Assembly (NCBI GenBank): GCA_944388755.1
Contig: CALXJY010000005.1
Location: forward strand, 1-63,171
From: an uncultured Clostridia bacterium
GTDB taxonomy: Bacteria; Bacillota; Clostridia; TANB77; CAG-508
Reading direction: 5' to 3'
DNA length: 63,171 nucleotides
The translations under genes and the position numbers were made by a program. Within the stretch, counting starts at the first letter, position 1; every line of letters starts with the position of its first letter. The notes below the pieces were generated by a model. That model was not told the origin of the DNA, made no database searches, and saw only the letters and a program-made list of their open reading frames with translations. Positions 9,169-19,795 of the stretch are shown one piece after another.

Positions 9169-10644
9169 ATGAAAACAAGAGAAAAAATAATAATTTCATT
9201 GATAGCAATAATATTAGGAATAATCAGCTATGTCTATTTTTTAGATGGATATTATTCAATAGATACAGAATGGATATATACAAGAGGAATTTTTGATTAT
9301 GCTACAAAAGATGCATATATAAAAAATGGAAGACTTTTTTCAGCAATTATATTTATATTATTTAGTTTTATGAATTTATCAATAAAAAAAATATATATAA
9401 TCAATCTTTTAGCTTCGATACTTATATCTAGCATATCTGTTGTAAAAATATACAAAATAATAAATAAATATAAAAGTTTAGAAAAAACTTATTTGAAGAT
9501 AATTGCATTTATGATAAGCTATATTTTTATATTTAATTTTACACAAATAAACATAATGCTATTTATAGACAGTGCCATAATAAATGCAAGTATATTATTT
9601 TTAATAAGTTCACTAGAAAAAACAATAATAGAAGAAAAGAAAAAACAGGGATTTTTATATGCACTAATAGCGATTTTTTGCTATCAAGGTACAATTCCAG
9701 TATATATAGCAACAGCATTTTTAATTTGTTTATTAAAATACAAAAAAATAAATAAGACATTTTTTAAAGAATTAATCATACCGGCTATTATCATAATATT
9801 AGCATGTATACTAAATTTAATAACAATTCTGCTTATACCATATATAACAGAATTAGATTTCACGGAAAGATTACCTATAAATGGAATGATGACAGAATTT
9901 TTGTATAACCTACAAAAATTTTATAATATTATATTTGATTGCCAAAATTACTTTCCAAAATATCTATGGCTTATTATATGTTCTTTAACATTAATAATAA
10001 CATTAATATATGGGGTAAAAACAAAAAAAGAATCGATACCAATAAACTTAATAATCATATTTACAGTATATATTTTAAGTTCTATGATTATGTTACCAAT
10101 GGTTCCTATAGATAACAGAGTAGAAATAGGAAGAGTATTTATGCCAATTGGAGAAACAATAGCTGGAATCCTAATCTATATCATATGTAATACAGATATA
10201 TTAGAAAATAAAAAAATATACAAAAATATTATGATAATAATATTATTATTCTATTTTTCATTTAATATATTTAATACAATAAAAATTACAAAAGAACACA
10301 AAATTGCAAATAAAATAGACGAAAATTTTGCAAAACAAGTTGAAAAAGAAATAAAAGAAATAGAAGGAGAAGACATTAAAGATTTTAAATATACTATATA
10401 TTATCTTATAGATGAAAATACAACTGAAAAAAATAAATATAATATAATAACATTTAGAAATTCATTATTATTGAAATGTATGTACACAGAAGCAATGATG
10501 GAATTTTACATAGGAAATGGCATAAAACCTAACAAATTAATGTATGATGAAAAAATAATTAAAGAAAATTTTGAAACACAAACTAATAAAGAGTTACAAA
10601 TAAAAAAAATAGATGAAGTGTATTACATAGTAGTCCATGTATAA
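9169..10644 (+). CDS. polytopic membrane protein (possible GT-C-type glycosyltransferase)
   Basis: 491 aa with at least 10 hydrophobic segments and a soluble C-terminal domain. I recognise no catalytic motif with certainty. Confidence 0.5.
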   Translation: MKTREKIIISLIAIILGIISYVYFLDGYYSIDTEWIYTRGIFDYATKDAYIKNGRLFSAIIFILFSFMNLSIKKIYIINLLASILISSISVVKIYKIINKYKSLEKTYLKIIAFMISYIFIFNFTQINIMLFIDSAIINASILFLISSLEKTIIEEKKKQGFLYALIAIFCYQGTIPVYIATAFLICLLKYKKINKTFFKELIIPAIIIILACILNLITILLIPYITELDFTERLPINGMMTEFLYNLQKFYNIIFDCQNYFPKYLWLIICSLTLIITLIYGVKTKKESIPINLIIIFTVYILSSMIMLPMVPIDNRVEIGRVFMPIGETIAGILIYIICNTDILENKKIYKNIMIIILLFYFSFNIFNTIKITKEHKIANKIDENFAKQVEKEIKEIEGEDIKDFKYTIYYLIDENTTEKNKYNIITFRNSLLLKCMYTEAMMEFYIGNGIKPNKLMYDEKIIKENFETQTNKELQIKKIDEVYYIVVHV

Positions 10645-10672
10645 AAGGCAGGAAATCAAATCCTGCCTTTAT
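10645..10672 (+). terminator. hairpin terminator
   Basis: 9-bp stem aaggcagga/tcctgcctt; weak T tail. Confidence 0.5.
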
Positions 10673-10792
10673 GTATTTACAAAACATAAATATATAAAAA
10701 CAAAACTCAATTTACTGCCTATTTATTATTGAAATTAAGTTATAAACATAGTTGATTAAAATCAATAATTCAAATTAACATGAAATTACAAA

Positions 10793-10990
10793 CTATTTCA
10801 TTTGGCTTTCTGCTTGTTGAATCATTTTTCTAACCATGTTACCACCTATTCTACCAGCATCTCTTGAAGATAGGTCACCATTGTATCCGTCTTTTAAAGT
10901 AACACCTACTTCTGAAGCTACTTCATATTTAAATTTATCTAATGCTGACATAGCCTCTGGAACTAATTTTTTATTACTGTTGTTTGCCAT
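10793..10990 (-). CDS. small acid-soluble spore protein, alpha/beta type
   Basis: MANNSNKKLVPEAMSALDKFKYEVASEVGV...GDLSSRDAGRIGGNMVRKMI carries both conserved SASP blocks. RBS aggaggtg is upstream of ATG 10990. Confidence 0.9.
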   Translation of the reverse strand: MANNSNKKLVPEAMSALDKFKYEVASEVGVTLKDGYNGDLSSRDAGRIGGNMVRKMIQQAESQMK

Positions 10991-11131
10991 TATAATTTCA
11001 CCTCCTGCAAATATAAATTTCCTAGAAAAAAACATTTGCTTTTTCTAATACTAGCATTTGCAATTTGAAAAAAAATAAACAGGAAATTTTTAGAAAAACA
11101 AAAACTTAAAATATACAATTAAAAAATTAAC

Positions 11132-11160
11132 TTGACACCGAAAAAACATAAAGTTATAAT
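11132..11160 (+). promoter_or_regulatory. consensus sigma-A promoter
   Basis: TTGACA (11132-11137), 17-nt spacer, TATAAT (11155-11160), upstream of the HAD hydrolase gene. Confidence 0.7.
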
Positions 11161-11205
11161 CATAAAAAGACGAAAAAGAAAAAAATGTAATAAAATGGAG
11201 GAAAT

Positions 11206-12084
11206 ATGTATAAATTAGTAGCTGTAGACCTAGATGGAACATTATTAAACTCATATGGAGAAGTAACAGAATACACTAAAGAAGTAATAAAAAAAGTGCA
11301 ACAAAAAGGTTTAAAATTTATAATAGCATCAGGCAGACCAATGGATTCAATAAAATCAATTTCAAAAGATATAGGAGCAGATAAATATTTTATAGCAGGA
11401 AATGGAGCTATTATTTATGATACACAAAAACAAGAAATTATATACGAAAAATATATACCAAAACAAAAAGTTTTAGAAATAGCAAAAATATGTGAACAAA
11501 ATAACATATTTTACAATATATACACAGAAAAAAATGTAATAACACAATATCTAAAATATAATGTATTATATTATTTCAAAGAAAATCTAAAAAAAGAGCC
11601 AGATAAAAAAACAAATATAATGGTTGTAAATAATATGTATGAATTTATAAAAAATTCAGAAGAAATGAAATGCATAAAAATAACAATATGTGATGAAAGC
11701 AAAATTATATTTAACTCAATAATAAAAAAATTAAAAAACGTAAAAGATATAGAAGTTTTAGATGTATTACATATGTCAAGAAAATTAATAAAACAAGGAA
11801 CAGAAGATGTAGCAATAGAATACTTCTTTACAGAAATTACATCAAGTGAAGTAGACAAAATAAATGCAATTAAAAACTTAATAAAAATTTTGGGTATTGA
11901 TATTAAAGAAGTTATAGCAATAGGAGATAATATAAATGACAAAAAAATGATAGAAGAAGCAGGACTCGGAATTTGTATGGGACAAGCTTCTGAAAAAATT
12001 AAAGAAGTATCAAAAATTGTAACAGAAGATAATAACAATGATGGTGTAGCAAAGGCTTTAGAAGAAGTAATAGCAAAAAATTAG
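11206..12084 (+). CDS. Cof-type HAD-IIB family phosphatase
   Basis: Motif I VAVDLDGTLLN, ASGRP, and C-terminal GDNINDKKMIEEAG. Confidence 0.85.
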   Translation: MYKLVAVDLDGTLLNSYGEVTEYTKEVIKKVQQKGLKFIIASGRPMDSIKSISKDIGADKYFIAGNGAIIYDTQKQEIIYEKYIPKQKVLEIAKICEQNNIFYNIYTEKNVITQYLKYNVLYYFKENLKKEPDKKTNIMVVNNMYEFIKNSEEMKCIKITICDESKIIFNSIIKKLKNVKDIEVLDVLHMSRKLIKQGTEDVAIEYFFTEITSSEVDKINAIKNLIKILGIDIKEVIAIGDNINDKKMIEEAGLGICMGQASEKIKEVSKIVTEDNNNDGVAKALEEVIAKN

Positions 12085-12090
12085 ACAATA

Positions 12091-12130
12091 AATATTACAA
12101 GAATATTACAGAAATATTACAGAAATATGA
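12091..12130 (+). repeat. 3.6 tandem copies of an 11-bp unit (aatattacaga)
   Basis: aatattacaag / aatattacaga / aatattacaga / aatatga, directly upstream of the pilus-operon promoter. Confidence 0.8.
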
Positions 12131-12143
12131 ATTTTTTGTAACA

Positions 12144-12185
12144 AACAAATAATTTGTTGATTTTACACCATTATTGCTGTAAAAT
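12144..12185 (+). promoter_or_regulatory. putative promoter of the Tad-like operon with an overlapping palindromic operator
   Basis: Palindrome aacaaat-a-atttgtt (12144-12158) overlaps the -35 TTGATT (12157-12162). A 17-nt spacer follows, then -10 TAAAAT (12180-12185). Confidence 0.5.
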
Positions 12186-12223
12186 AAATAATAGAGTATA
12201 AAGATATGAAGGAGGAATTTGTA

Positions 12224-13324
12224 ATGGTAAGTAATCCAATGCAAAGAAAAGCAAGAGTTTCATTTTTATTAGGAATGTTATTAATGTTAGTAATATTAGG
12301 AGCAGTTATAGCACTTCTATTTCTACAACTAAAAAATTATCAAGATGAAGAAGCTGCAGAGAAAGCTGCGAGTGTAGATATATATGTTTTAAATACAGAT
12401 GTAAAATCAGGACAAATTATAACAAGTGATATGCTATCTAGAAAAACACTATTAAGAACTTTAATACCAGCAGATGCTATAGGAGACCAAACAACACTAG
12501 ATAACTATTCATTACAAGATAAAGAAGGAAATAGTGTTGTAACACAAACAAATAATGGAGAAGCAACATTATATTTGCAAAAAGATGGAAGAAATATAGA
12601 ATTGCAACAAGAAGATACAACAGACAGCTATTATATTGAAGAAAATGGACAAAAAGAATATGTAGAATTAAGCACAATACCAGTAGTAGCAAAAGTATCT
12701 ATGAAACAAAATACAGTTTTAACAAGAGAATTAATAACAAAAGGAAACAACACTATATCAGATGATATTAGAAGACAAGAATATAATGTTATAGTACTAC
12801 CAACACAACTACAAACAGGAGATTATGTAGATATAAGACTTACACTACCAACAGGACAAGATTATATAGTTGTTTCTAAAAAAGAGGTAACAATACCTAC
12901 AGTAGATGGAACAGATTCAGCAGAATCAATGTGGATAAATTTATCAGAAGAAGAAATATTAACAATGAGTAGTGCAATAGTAGATGCATTTAGAATTGAA
13001 GGATCAAAACTATATGCAACAACATATACAGAACCAGGATTACAAAATGCATCAACACCAACTTATTCAATAAGTGCAGAAGCATATTCATTATTAACAA
13101 CAGATCCAAATATATTAGAAGAAGCAAAAACAGCATTACGTAATAGATATAATGTAGAACAAAGACAAAATATTAATCAAAATATACAAAACAGTGGAGA
13201 AACAGCAAACGAAAATCTAAATACAAAAATGCAAGAAAGCATAACAAAAACATTAGAAGAAAGACAAAAATATCTAGAAGGATTAGCAAGTGAAGCAACT
13301 ACAGATAATACAACTACTGAATAA
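12224..13324 (+). CDS. CpaB/RcpC-like pilus assembly protein (SAF-domain, N-terminal TM anchor)
   Basis: MVSNPMQRKARVSFLLGMLLMLVILGAVIALLF anchor, then VDIYVLNTDVKSGQIITSDML (SAF-like). It is the first gene of an operon that contains a CpaF-type ATPase. Confidence 0.6.
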   Translation: MVSNPMQRKARVSFLLGMLLMLVILGAVIALLFLQLKNYQDEEAAEKAASVDIYVLNTDVKSGQIITSDMLSRKTLLRTLIPADAIGDQTTLDNYSLQDKEGNSVVTQTNNGEATLYLQKDGRNIELQQEDTTDSYYIEENGQKEYVELSTIPVVAKVSMKQNTVLTRELITKGNNTISDDIRRQEYNVIVLPTQLQTGDYVDIRLTLPTGQDYIVVSKKEVTIPTVDGTDSAESMWINLSEEEILTMSSAIVDAFRIEGSKLYATTYTEPGLQNASTPTYSISAEAYSLLTTDPNILEEAKTALRNRYNVEQRQNINQNIQNSGETANENLNTKMQESITKTLEERQKYLEGLASEATTDNTTTE

Positions 13325-13348
13325 AAATAAAACGAAAGAAGGAAAAAA

Positions 13349-14038
13349 ATGGAAAGAATAGGGTTTATAGGGGTATATGATAAAACAGATTTATTAATTA
13401 ATATTGCAAAAATCTTAACAATGTTAGATAAAAAAGTCTTGTTAATAGATTCTACTGTAACACAAAAAGCAAAATATATAGTACCAACCATAACCCCTAC
13501 TACTTCTTATGTAACAAACTTTGAAGAAATAGATGTTGCAGTTGGATTCAAAAATATAACACAAATAAAAGAATATTTAGGAATAGAAGAACTAACATAT
13601 GACATAGCACTAATAGATGTTGACACATCAAAGGAATTGGAAGAATTTGAATTAGCAAATGCCAAAAAGAATTTCTTTGTTACATCTTTTGATGTATATT
13701 CTTTAAAAAAAGGATTAGAAATATTTGCAGGATTAAATCACAATCTTAATTTAATAAAAGTACTATTTTCTATAGAAATGTTAAGAGAAGAAGAAGAATA
13801 TTTAGATTTTTTAGCATCAGACTACAAAATTATATGGAGCGATTATAAAATATATTTTCAAATGGAAAATGGAGACTTATCAGCAATGATGGAAAACCAA
13901 AGAACTCAAAGAATAAAATTCAAAAAACTTAGTGCACAATACAAAGATGGACTATTAGTTATAGTCCAACAAATATTAGAGAATGCAAGCGAAGGCTCTA
14001 TTAGAAAAATAATAAAGAACATAGAAAAAGGAGTATGA
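13349..14038 (+). CDS. ParA/MinD-like protein with degenerate P-loop (TadZ-position)
   Basis: IGFIGVYDKTDLLINIAKILTMLDKKVLLID has MinD-like topology but no GKGGxGKT Walker A. Confidence 0.5.
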   Translation: MERIGFIGVYDKTDLLINIAKILTMLDKKVLLIDSTVTQKAKYIVPTITPTTSYVTNFEEIDVAVGFKNITQIKEYLGIEELTYDIALIDVDTSKELEEFELANAKKNFFVTSFDVYSLKKGLEIFAGLNHNLNLIKVLFSIEMLREEEEYLDFLASDYKIIWSDYKIYFQMENGDLSAMMENQRTQRIKFKKLSAQYKDGLLVIVQQILENASEGSIRKIIKNIEKGV

Positions 14039-14040
14039 AA

Positions 14041-14910
14041 ATGTCAATAATTACTTTTTGGAATTACCAAAATGTAGAAACCGGTAAAACAATGTCATTA
14101 GTTGCAACTGCAACTTATATGGCTGTAGAGCATAATGTAAGAACACTAATTGTTTCTACAACAAATAAAAAAGATAAAATAAAAAACTGCTTTCTAAAAG
14201 AAGAAAAAAGAAGCAAAATAAATTTGGGGATTTTTGGACCTAATACAAAAACATTTGATACACAAACAGGATTAAAAGGACTAGAAAAAATTGTAAGAAG
14301 TGGAAAATTAGAACCAAATGCAGTTACAAATTATACAAAAGTAGTATTTAAAGACAGACTAGAAGTACTTCTAGGAGAAGAAGAAAAAGAAAATGAAACA
14401 GAAGTAGAAAAAAATGAATTACTAAAAACATATGAAACATATCCTGATATTATTAGTGCAGCTAATAGCTATTATGACAGGGTATTTGTGGATTTAGACT
14501 ACAATATACCAAAAGAAATAAGAGACAGAATATTACAAAAATCAGATATAGTAATATTAAGTATAACACAGGGAATGAGTGGACTAGAATTATTAAAACA
14601 AAATAAGGCAAATGATCAATTATTAAAATCACCAAAAACACTACTAATAATAGGAAGATATGATAGATATTCAAAATATAATGCAAAAAATATAACAAGA
14701 TTTTTAAAAGAAAAAAATACCGTACTTACAACACCTTACAATACATTATTTTTTGAAGCATCAGAAGAAGCAAATGTAGCAGATTTGTTTTTAAGCTTAA
14801 AAAAATTTAATGACCCAAATGACTATAATGCATTTTTCAGATCAGAGGTAAAAAGAACAACAGAAAATATTATATATAGATTACAAGAGATTCAAGCTAA
14901 TATATATTAG
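14041..14910 (+). CDS. second ParA/MinD-like protein with deviant P-loop
   Basis: MSIITFWNYQNVETGKTMSLVATATYMAVEHNVRTLIVST retains GKT but lacks the upstream Gly residues. Its start overlaps the stop of the previous gene. Confidence 0.5.
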   Translation: MSIITFWNYQNVETGKTMSLVATATYMAVEHNVRTLIVSTTNKKDKIKNCFLKEEKRSKINLGIFGPNTKTFDTQTGLKGLEKIVRSGKLEPNAVTNYTKVVFKDRLEVLLGEEEKENETEVEKNELLKTYETYPDIISAANSYYDRVFVDLDYNIPKEIRDRILQKSDIVILSITQGMSGLELLKQNKANDQLLKSPKTLLIIGRYDRYSKYNAKNITRFLKEKNTVLTTPYNTLFFEASEEANVADLFLSLKKFNDPNDYNAFFRSEVKRTTENIIYRLQEIQANIY

Positions 14911-14925
14911 GAAGGAGTAAATCAA

Positions 14926-16882
14926 ATGACAATTACAAATATTTTACTATCTATTGTTGTACTTGTTGTAGCAGGATTAGCAATATTCCAATACATAAAA
15001 AAACAAAAAAATAGAGAAGTAGAAGCTAAAGTCAATGTAGATGACAAAACATACACTCTAGACATGATGAAGGAATTTGTTAAAAAAAGACTTGATGAAA
15101 TTACAAAAGTCAATTTATATGATATAGGACTTTCAGAAGAAGAACTAAAAAGAAGAAAAAATAAAAAATATGAATTAAAAAAGGCTTTAAAAGGATGTAC
15201 ATATGGAGATGTAAATGATAAAAAATATGTAAAAGAATTAATATATGATTTACTTGCAACAGAATATGGAGTTGATGAAACAAATGTATCACAAGCAATT
15301 CCTTTTGACACTCCTTCATTACTTACAGCACAAGATAAATTTGACATATTAATATATGTATATAAAAAAGATTTTGGATATGAAGCACTAACAGAAATGA
15401 TAAAAAAATATAATTTAGCTGAACTAAAATATGTAGAAGGAGAAGCAAAACCTTCATATGTAATCACATCACAAGAAATAGAAGATATATACGAAAAAGA
15501 AAATATTCAACTAAATTTCCAAGATAAATTATCTGTAATAGTACAAAGAATATATCAACATTACAAAGGATATAGTTCAATAGACGAAATAAGAGATATG
15601 AATATAGATGGAGTATCAGGAGGAGTTTCAGGTTTGCCTGAAAGCTTTTTAAGCCAAGTTGCACAAACAGCGGGGGGAGACTATTTAAATCAAGTTGCAG
15701 AACACAAAGTCCCAAGAGCTTGTGACAGTATTTGGATATTTTTCCAGGGTAAATCAATACGTTTAGCATTTTTATCTTTTGGAACAGAGGCAGAACTAAA
15801 AAGAGTATGTCAAAACATATACAAATACAACAATCCAGGACAATTATCAGATACAAATGGATATAAAATTAATGAAATGAAAGATGGATCACGTGTAGTT
15901 GTTGTAAGACCTAGCTTCTCAGAAACATGGGCATTTTTCGTAAGAAAATTTGACGTAAAACGTTCTACACTAGAGCAATGGTTTAAAGGAGAACCAGGTT
16001 CATCAGAATCAATAGAACTACTAAAATTTCTAGTAAAGGGAGCAAGAATCGTATCTATTACAGGTGAGCAAGGTTGTGGTAAAACAACAATGCTTATGGG
16101 AATGATAGAAAACATATATGAAACGATGAACATAAGGGTTCAAGAAACAGCATTTGAGCTTCACTTAAGAAAAATATATCCAACAAGAAACATATTAACA
16201 TTTAGAGAAACAGATACAATATCTGGACAAGAAGGTTTGGACGTTCAGAAAAAAACAGATGGTTCTGTAAACATCATCCGGAGAGGTTGCAACTGACCCC
16301 GTAGCATCATGGATGATACAAGCAGCACAGGTAGCATCTAAATTTACATTATTCACACACCATGCAAAAACATTTCCTAACTTAGTAACAGCACTTAGAA
16401 ACTCAATGTTAAGAGCAGGAGTATTTAAAAATGAAAAAACAGCAGAAGAACAAGTAGTACAAGTATTAAATTTTGATATACACTTACAAAAGAACTTTAA
16501 AGGTAAAAGATATGTAGAAAGAATCACAGAATGTATACCAATTGAAAGTAAAAATGAATATACATATGACCATAGAAAAGAAAAGACACTAGAAGGAAAA
16601 TTTGACAAATTCTTTGATAATGCTACACAATATTTTACAAAAACAACAGATAAAGAATTATATACATACAGAAATATACTAGAATATGTTGATGGAGAAT
16701 ATATCATAACAAACCCAATAACAGAACACAATATTAAAGAAATGCGTGAAAATATGGATGATGTAGACAGAGCAGAATTTGATAAATTTATAGAAAAATA
16801 TTGGGGAAATAGAGAACCTGAAATGGTATCAGTATCAGCAGAAGGACAATCAAGAAGAGGAAGAAAACCAAAAGAAATTTAA
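14926..16882 (+). CDS. CpaF/TadA-family secretion ATPase with N-terminal TM helix; needs a +1 shift at CGG-A 16279-16282
   Basis: Walker A ITGEQGCGKTTML. The 0-frame reads ...DGSVNII-CGG and stops 5 codons later. The +1 frame continues G-EVATDPVASWMIQAAQVASKFTLFTHHAKT (Asp-box and His-box region of VirB11/CpaF ATPases). Confidence 0.75.
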
Positions 16883-16904
16883 AAAGCATGGAGGTGAAAT
16901 ACAA

Positions 16905-18974
16905 GTGTCAAATCAGATTATTTTTATCATAATGGGAATAGCAGGAGGATTCTTTGTTATAATTGTATTACTATATTTATTAATGAGAAAGAAAATGCAA
17001 AAATCTGATTATAAAAGAATAAGAGACTTACGAAAAGGCACAAAAGCAAGCAATTTCTCAATGGAAGTTTTATATCAAAAACTATATGTAGCATATATTA
17101 GAATACCATATATAAAAAGATATATATTAAAACTAAGAAGAAGACTAGAAATAATTAATATAGATGATGAATATAACACAAGAAAAGATGCTGCTAAAAT
17201 TATGACTAAGGCACTTGCTATATTAATACCAGTAATCATAATAACAATAGTAATAACACACTCAAATTATATACTAATGGTTACATTATTATTATTTGAA
17301 TTATTTATGACAGATTCATTAATAGATGGTTCAGTAGATAAGTTAGATGATAATTTACTAAAACAGCAAATAGATTTTTTCTCTGAAATACGCCATGCTT
17401 ATCATGAATTTAATATGGTAGAAGAAGCAATATATCAAGTTTCACAAGATGACGAAAAAGACGTTTCTAGACAAGGGGAAAAGATATATGACATATTAAT
17501 TGCAGATGACCCAGAAACAGAACTTGAAAAATATTATGATATTGCACCAAATAGTTTTCTAAAAGAATTTGCAGGACTTTCATACTTAACAAAAGAATTT
17601 GGAGATAGAAAAGTAGATGGAGCATCATTATATTTAAAAAATGTTGATAATATAACACAAGAAATGCAATTAGAAATATTAAAAAGAGATAAATTAAACT
17701 ATGTATTCCAAAGTTTATCAGTAATTTCAATTGTACCAGTATTATTATTAGAACCACTAAAAAGTTGGGCAATTTCAAACTTCTCATTTGTAGAAAGCTG
17801 GTATGTAGGAAAACCAGGAACAATAGTACAGATTCTAATATTATTACTAACATTTATTTGTTATATATTAGTTAGAAAATTAAAAGATAATGGATCAACA
17901 AATGCAAATACACATAATACCGAGAATCCATGGCAAGCAAAAGTATATAAAAACAAAATAGGCAAAAAAATTGTAAATTTAGCAATGCCTAAAGAGGGCT
18001 CAAGAGAATATAGAAAAGTACAAAAATTGCTTAAAGATTCTGCATCACACCTTAAAATGGAATGGCTCTATGTAAATAGAATAGTGGCAATGATAGCAGT
18101 CTTTGTTATATCTATAGTAGTATTTATACAATTACATAAAGTAGCTGTTGATTATGTATATACAGAACCGACAACAGATTATGACTTAATAGGTGGATTA
18201 ACAGACAGACAAAAAGCAGAAGCGATGGAAGTAACAAGACAGGATAATACATTTTTGGATAAGTTTAAAGGAAAAATAGACACAACAGAAGAGGACATAG
18301 AAAAAGAAGTAAGAAGATCAGATTTTTACGAAGAAGCAACAGACGATGAAATAACAATTGCAGTAGAAAGAATATACGAAAAATTACAAACTGTAAATAG
18401 TGAGTATATGAAATGGTTTGAGATATTATTAGCATTTGTATTTGCAATTGCGGGATATATGTCACCAATTTGGATATTATTCTTCCAATTAAAGATGAGG
18501 CAACTAGAAATGGAAGATGAAGTTATGCAATTCCAAACAATTATACTTATGCTTATGCGTATAGAAAGAGTTAATGTTGAAATTATACTAGAATGGCTTG
18601 AAAGATATTCTAATATATTCCATGATCCAATAACGAAATGTGTAAATAACTATGAAGCAGGACCATGGGAATCACTAGAAGAATTAAAAAATGATATCAC
18701 ATATGAACCACTTATTAGAATTGTAGAAAGTTTACAAGCAGCAGTAGAAAAAATACCAATAAAAGATGCATTTGATGAATTAGACTCAGAAAGAGATTAT
18801 TATAGAGAAAAGAGAAAAGAATCAAATGAAAGACTAATAAAAAGAAAAGGTATGATAGGAAAAGGAATAGGTTTTGCACCAATGGTATCTCTATTTGTTT
18901 TATACTTAATAATACCTTTAGTATTTATAGGACTTACAAGTATGTCTAGCTCATTTGCATCAATGACAGCATAA
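16905..18974 (+). CDS. large polytopic membrane protein in the TadB/TadC (platform) position
   Basis: 689 aa, GTG start after ggaggtg. Several TM clusters are separated by long cytoplasmic helical regions, and the size suggests a fused platform protein. T2SSF homology is not verifiable by eye. Confidence 0.45.
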   Translation: MSNQIIFIIMGIAGGFFVIIVLLYLLMRKKMQKSDYKRIRDLRKGTKASNFSMEVLYQKLYVAYIRIPYIKRYILKLRRRLEIINIDDEYNTRKDAAKIMTKALAILIPVIIITIVITHSNYILMVTLLLFELFMTDSLIDGSVDKLDDNLLKQQIDFFSEIRHAYHEFNMVEEAIYQVSQDDEKDVSRQGEKIYDILIADDPETELEKYYDIAPNSFLKEFAGLSYLTKEFGDRKVDGASLYLKNVDNITQEMQLEILKRDKLNYVFQSLSVISIVPVLLLEPLKSWAISNFSFVESWYVGKPGTIVQILILLLTFICYILVRKLKDNGSTNANTHNTENPWQAKVYKNKIGKKIVNLAMPKEGSREYRKVQKLLKDSASHLKMEWLYVNRIVAMIAVFVISIVVFIQLHKVAVDYVYTEPTTDYDLIGGLTDRQKAEAMEVTRQDNTFLDKFKGKIDTTEEDIEKEVRRSDFYEEATDDEITIAVERIYEKLQTVNSEYMKWFEILLAFVFAIAGYMSPIWILFFQLKMRQLEMEDEVMQFQTIILMLMRIERVNVEIILEWLERYSNIFHDPITKCVNNYEAGPWESLEELKNDITYEPLIRIVESLQAAVEKIPIKDAFDELDSERDYYREKRKESNERLIKRKGMIGKGIGFAPMVSLFVLYLIIPLVFIGLTSMSSSFASMTA

Positions 18975-19018
18975 ACATAAAATAGCTCAAACATTGTTTT
19001 GTAAGAAAGGAATTAAAC

Positions 19019-19720
19019 ATGGAAAATGCAACAAAAGCATTAATAATGGCAGGAGGACTACTAATAGCAATATTAGTATTAGGATTACTAGTTGTAGGAT
19101 ATAGAAACATTTCTGATTATCAACAAAGTGCTACCAATTTAAAAAAAGATCAACAATTATCAACATTTAATAATGGATTCACACAATATGTTAGAGATGA
19201 TTTAGTTGGAACAGATGTAATTTCTCTTGTAAATAAAGTATTTGACTATAACCAAAAAACAGGAGGAGTTGGAGAAATAGATTATAGCTACAAAATTACA
19301 CTAAAAATAAATATGCATAATTTTAAAGACAAATATTTAACAAATTATATTACACAATCATCATATACAATTAATCAAGATTCTACGGACTCTGACGGAT
19401 TTTTAAAACTATTAAAAGAGATGAGAAAACTAGAAGATGACTATGGAAGAAAAGAACTAAGAGAATTGTATTCTAACATAGAATCTTTAAAAACATATTA
19501 TGATGAGGGTGATACCACAAATGGATTATCAATAAAAGATGTAATAGGAAAAAACATACCAGCTCTTGAAACACAATTTTCTAGTGGAGATTTTACATCA
19601 CTTGAAAAACACACAGAATATACAGAGTTCAAATCATCAACATTTGCCATAAAAAATGAACCAACATATCATGATGCAAATGGACAGATAAAAAGTATGG
19701 TAGTTGATTTTGTAAAATAA
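19019..19720 (+). CDS. pilin-like protein, MENATKALI family (233 aa)
   Basis: N-terminus MENATKALIMAGGLLIAILVLGLLVVGY followed by an ...STFNNGFTQY... motif shared with the paralogs. Confidence 0.6.
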   Translation: MENATKALIMAGGLLIAILVLGLLVVGYRNISDYQQSATNLKKDQQLSTFNNGFTQYVRDDLVGTDVISLVNKVFDYNQKTGGVGEIDYSYKITLKINMHNFKDKYLTNYITQSSYTINQDSTDSDGFLKLLKEMRKLEDDYGRKELRELYSNIESLKTYYDEGDTTNGLSIKDVIGKNIPALETQFSSGDFTSLEKHTEYTEFKSSTFAIKNEPTYHDANGQIKSMVVDFVK

Positions 19721-19795
19721 TATAGGTGAAAGTTTAAAACATAATTATAATTTTTTCAGACTAATTTGTGCCATGAGAAAGGAATGTGGTGAATT

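Noticed and set aside
9563-9760. Numerous 60-200-aa antisense ORFs throughout the window (for example 999..1217-, 5622..6068-, 14922..15467-, 36442..36924-, 52265..52594-).
   Set aside because: All lie opposite well-supported genes, have Leu/Phe/Ile-rich translations typical of the antisense of AT-rich coding DNA, and lack an RBS.
12224-18974. Reading the ATPase-containing operon as the sporulation spoIIIA locus, given its proximity to spoIVB.
   Set aside because: The gene content (SAF/CpaB-like protein, ParA-like proteins, multiple pilin-like genes) and the CpaF-type ATPase motifs fit Tad/T4P-like systems. They do not fit SpoIIIAA-AH.
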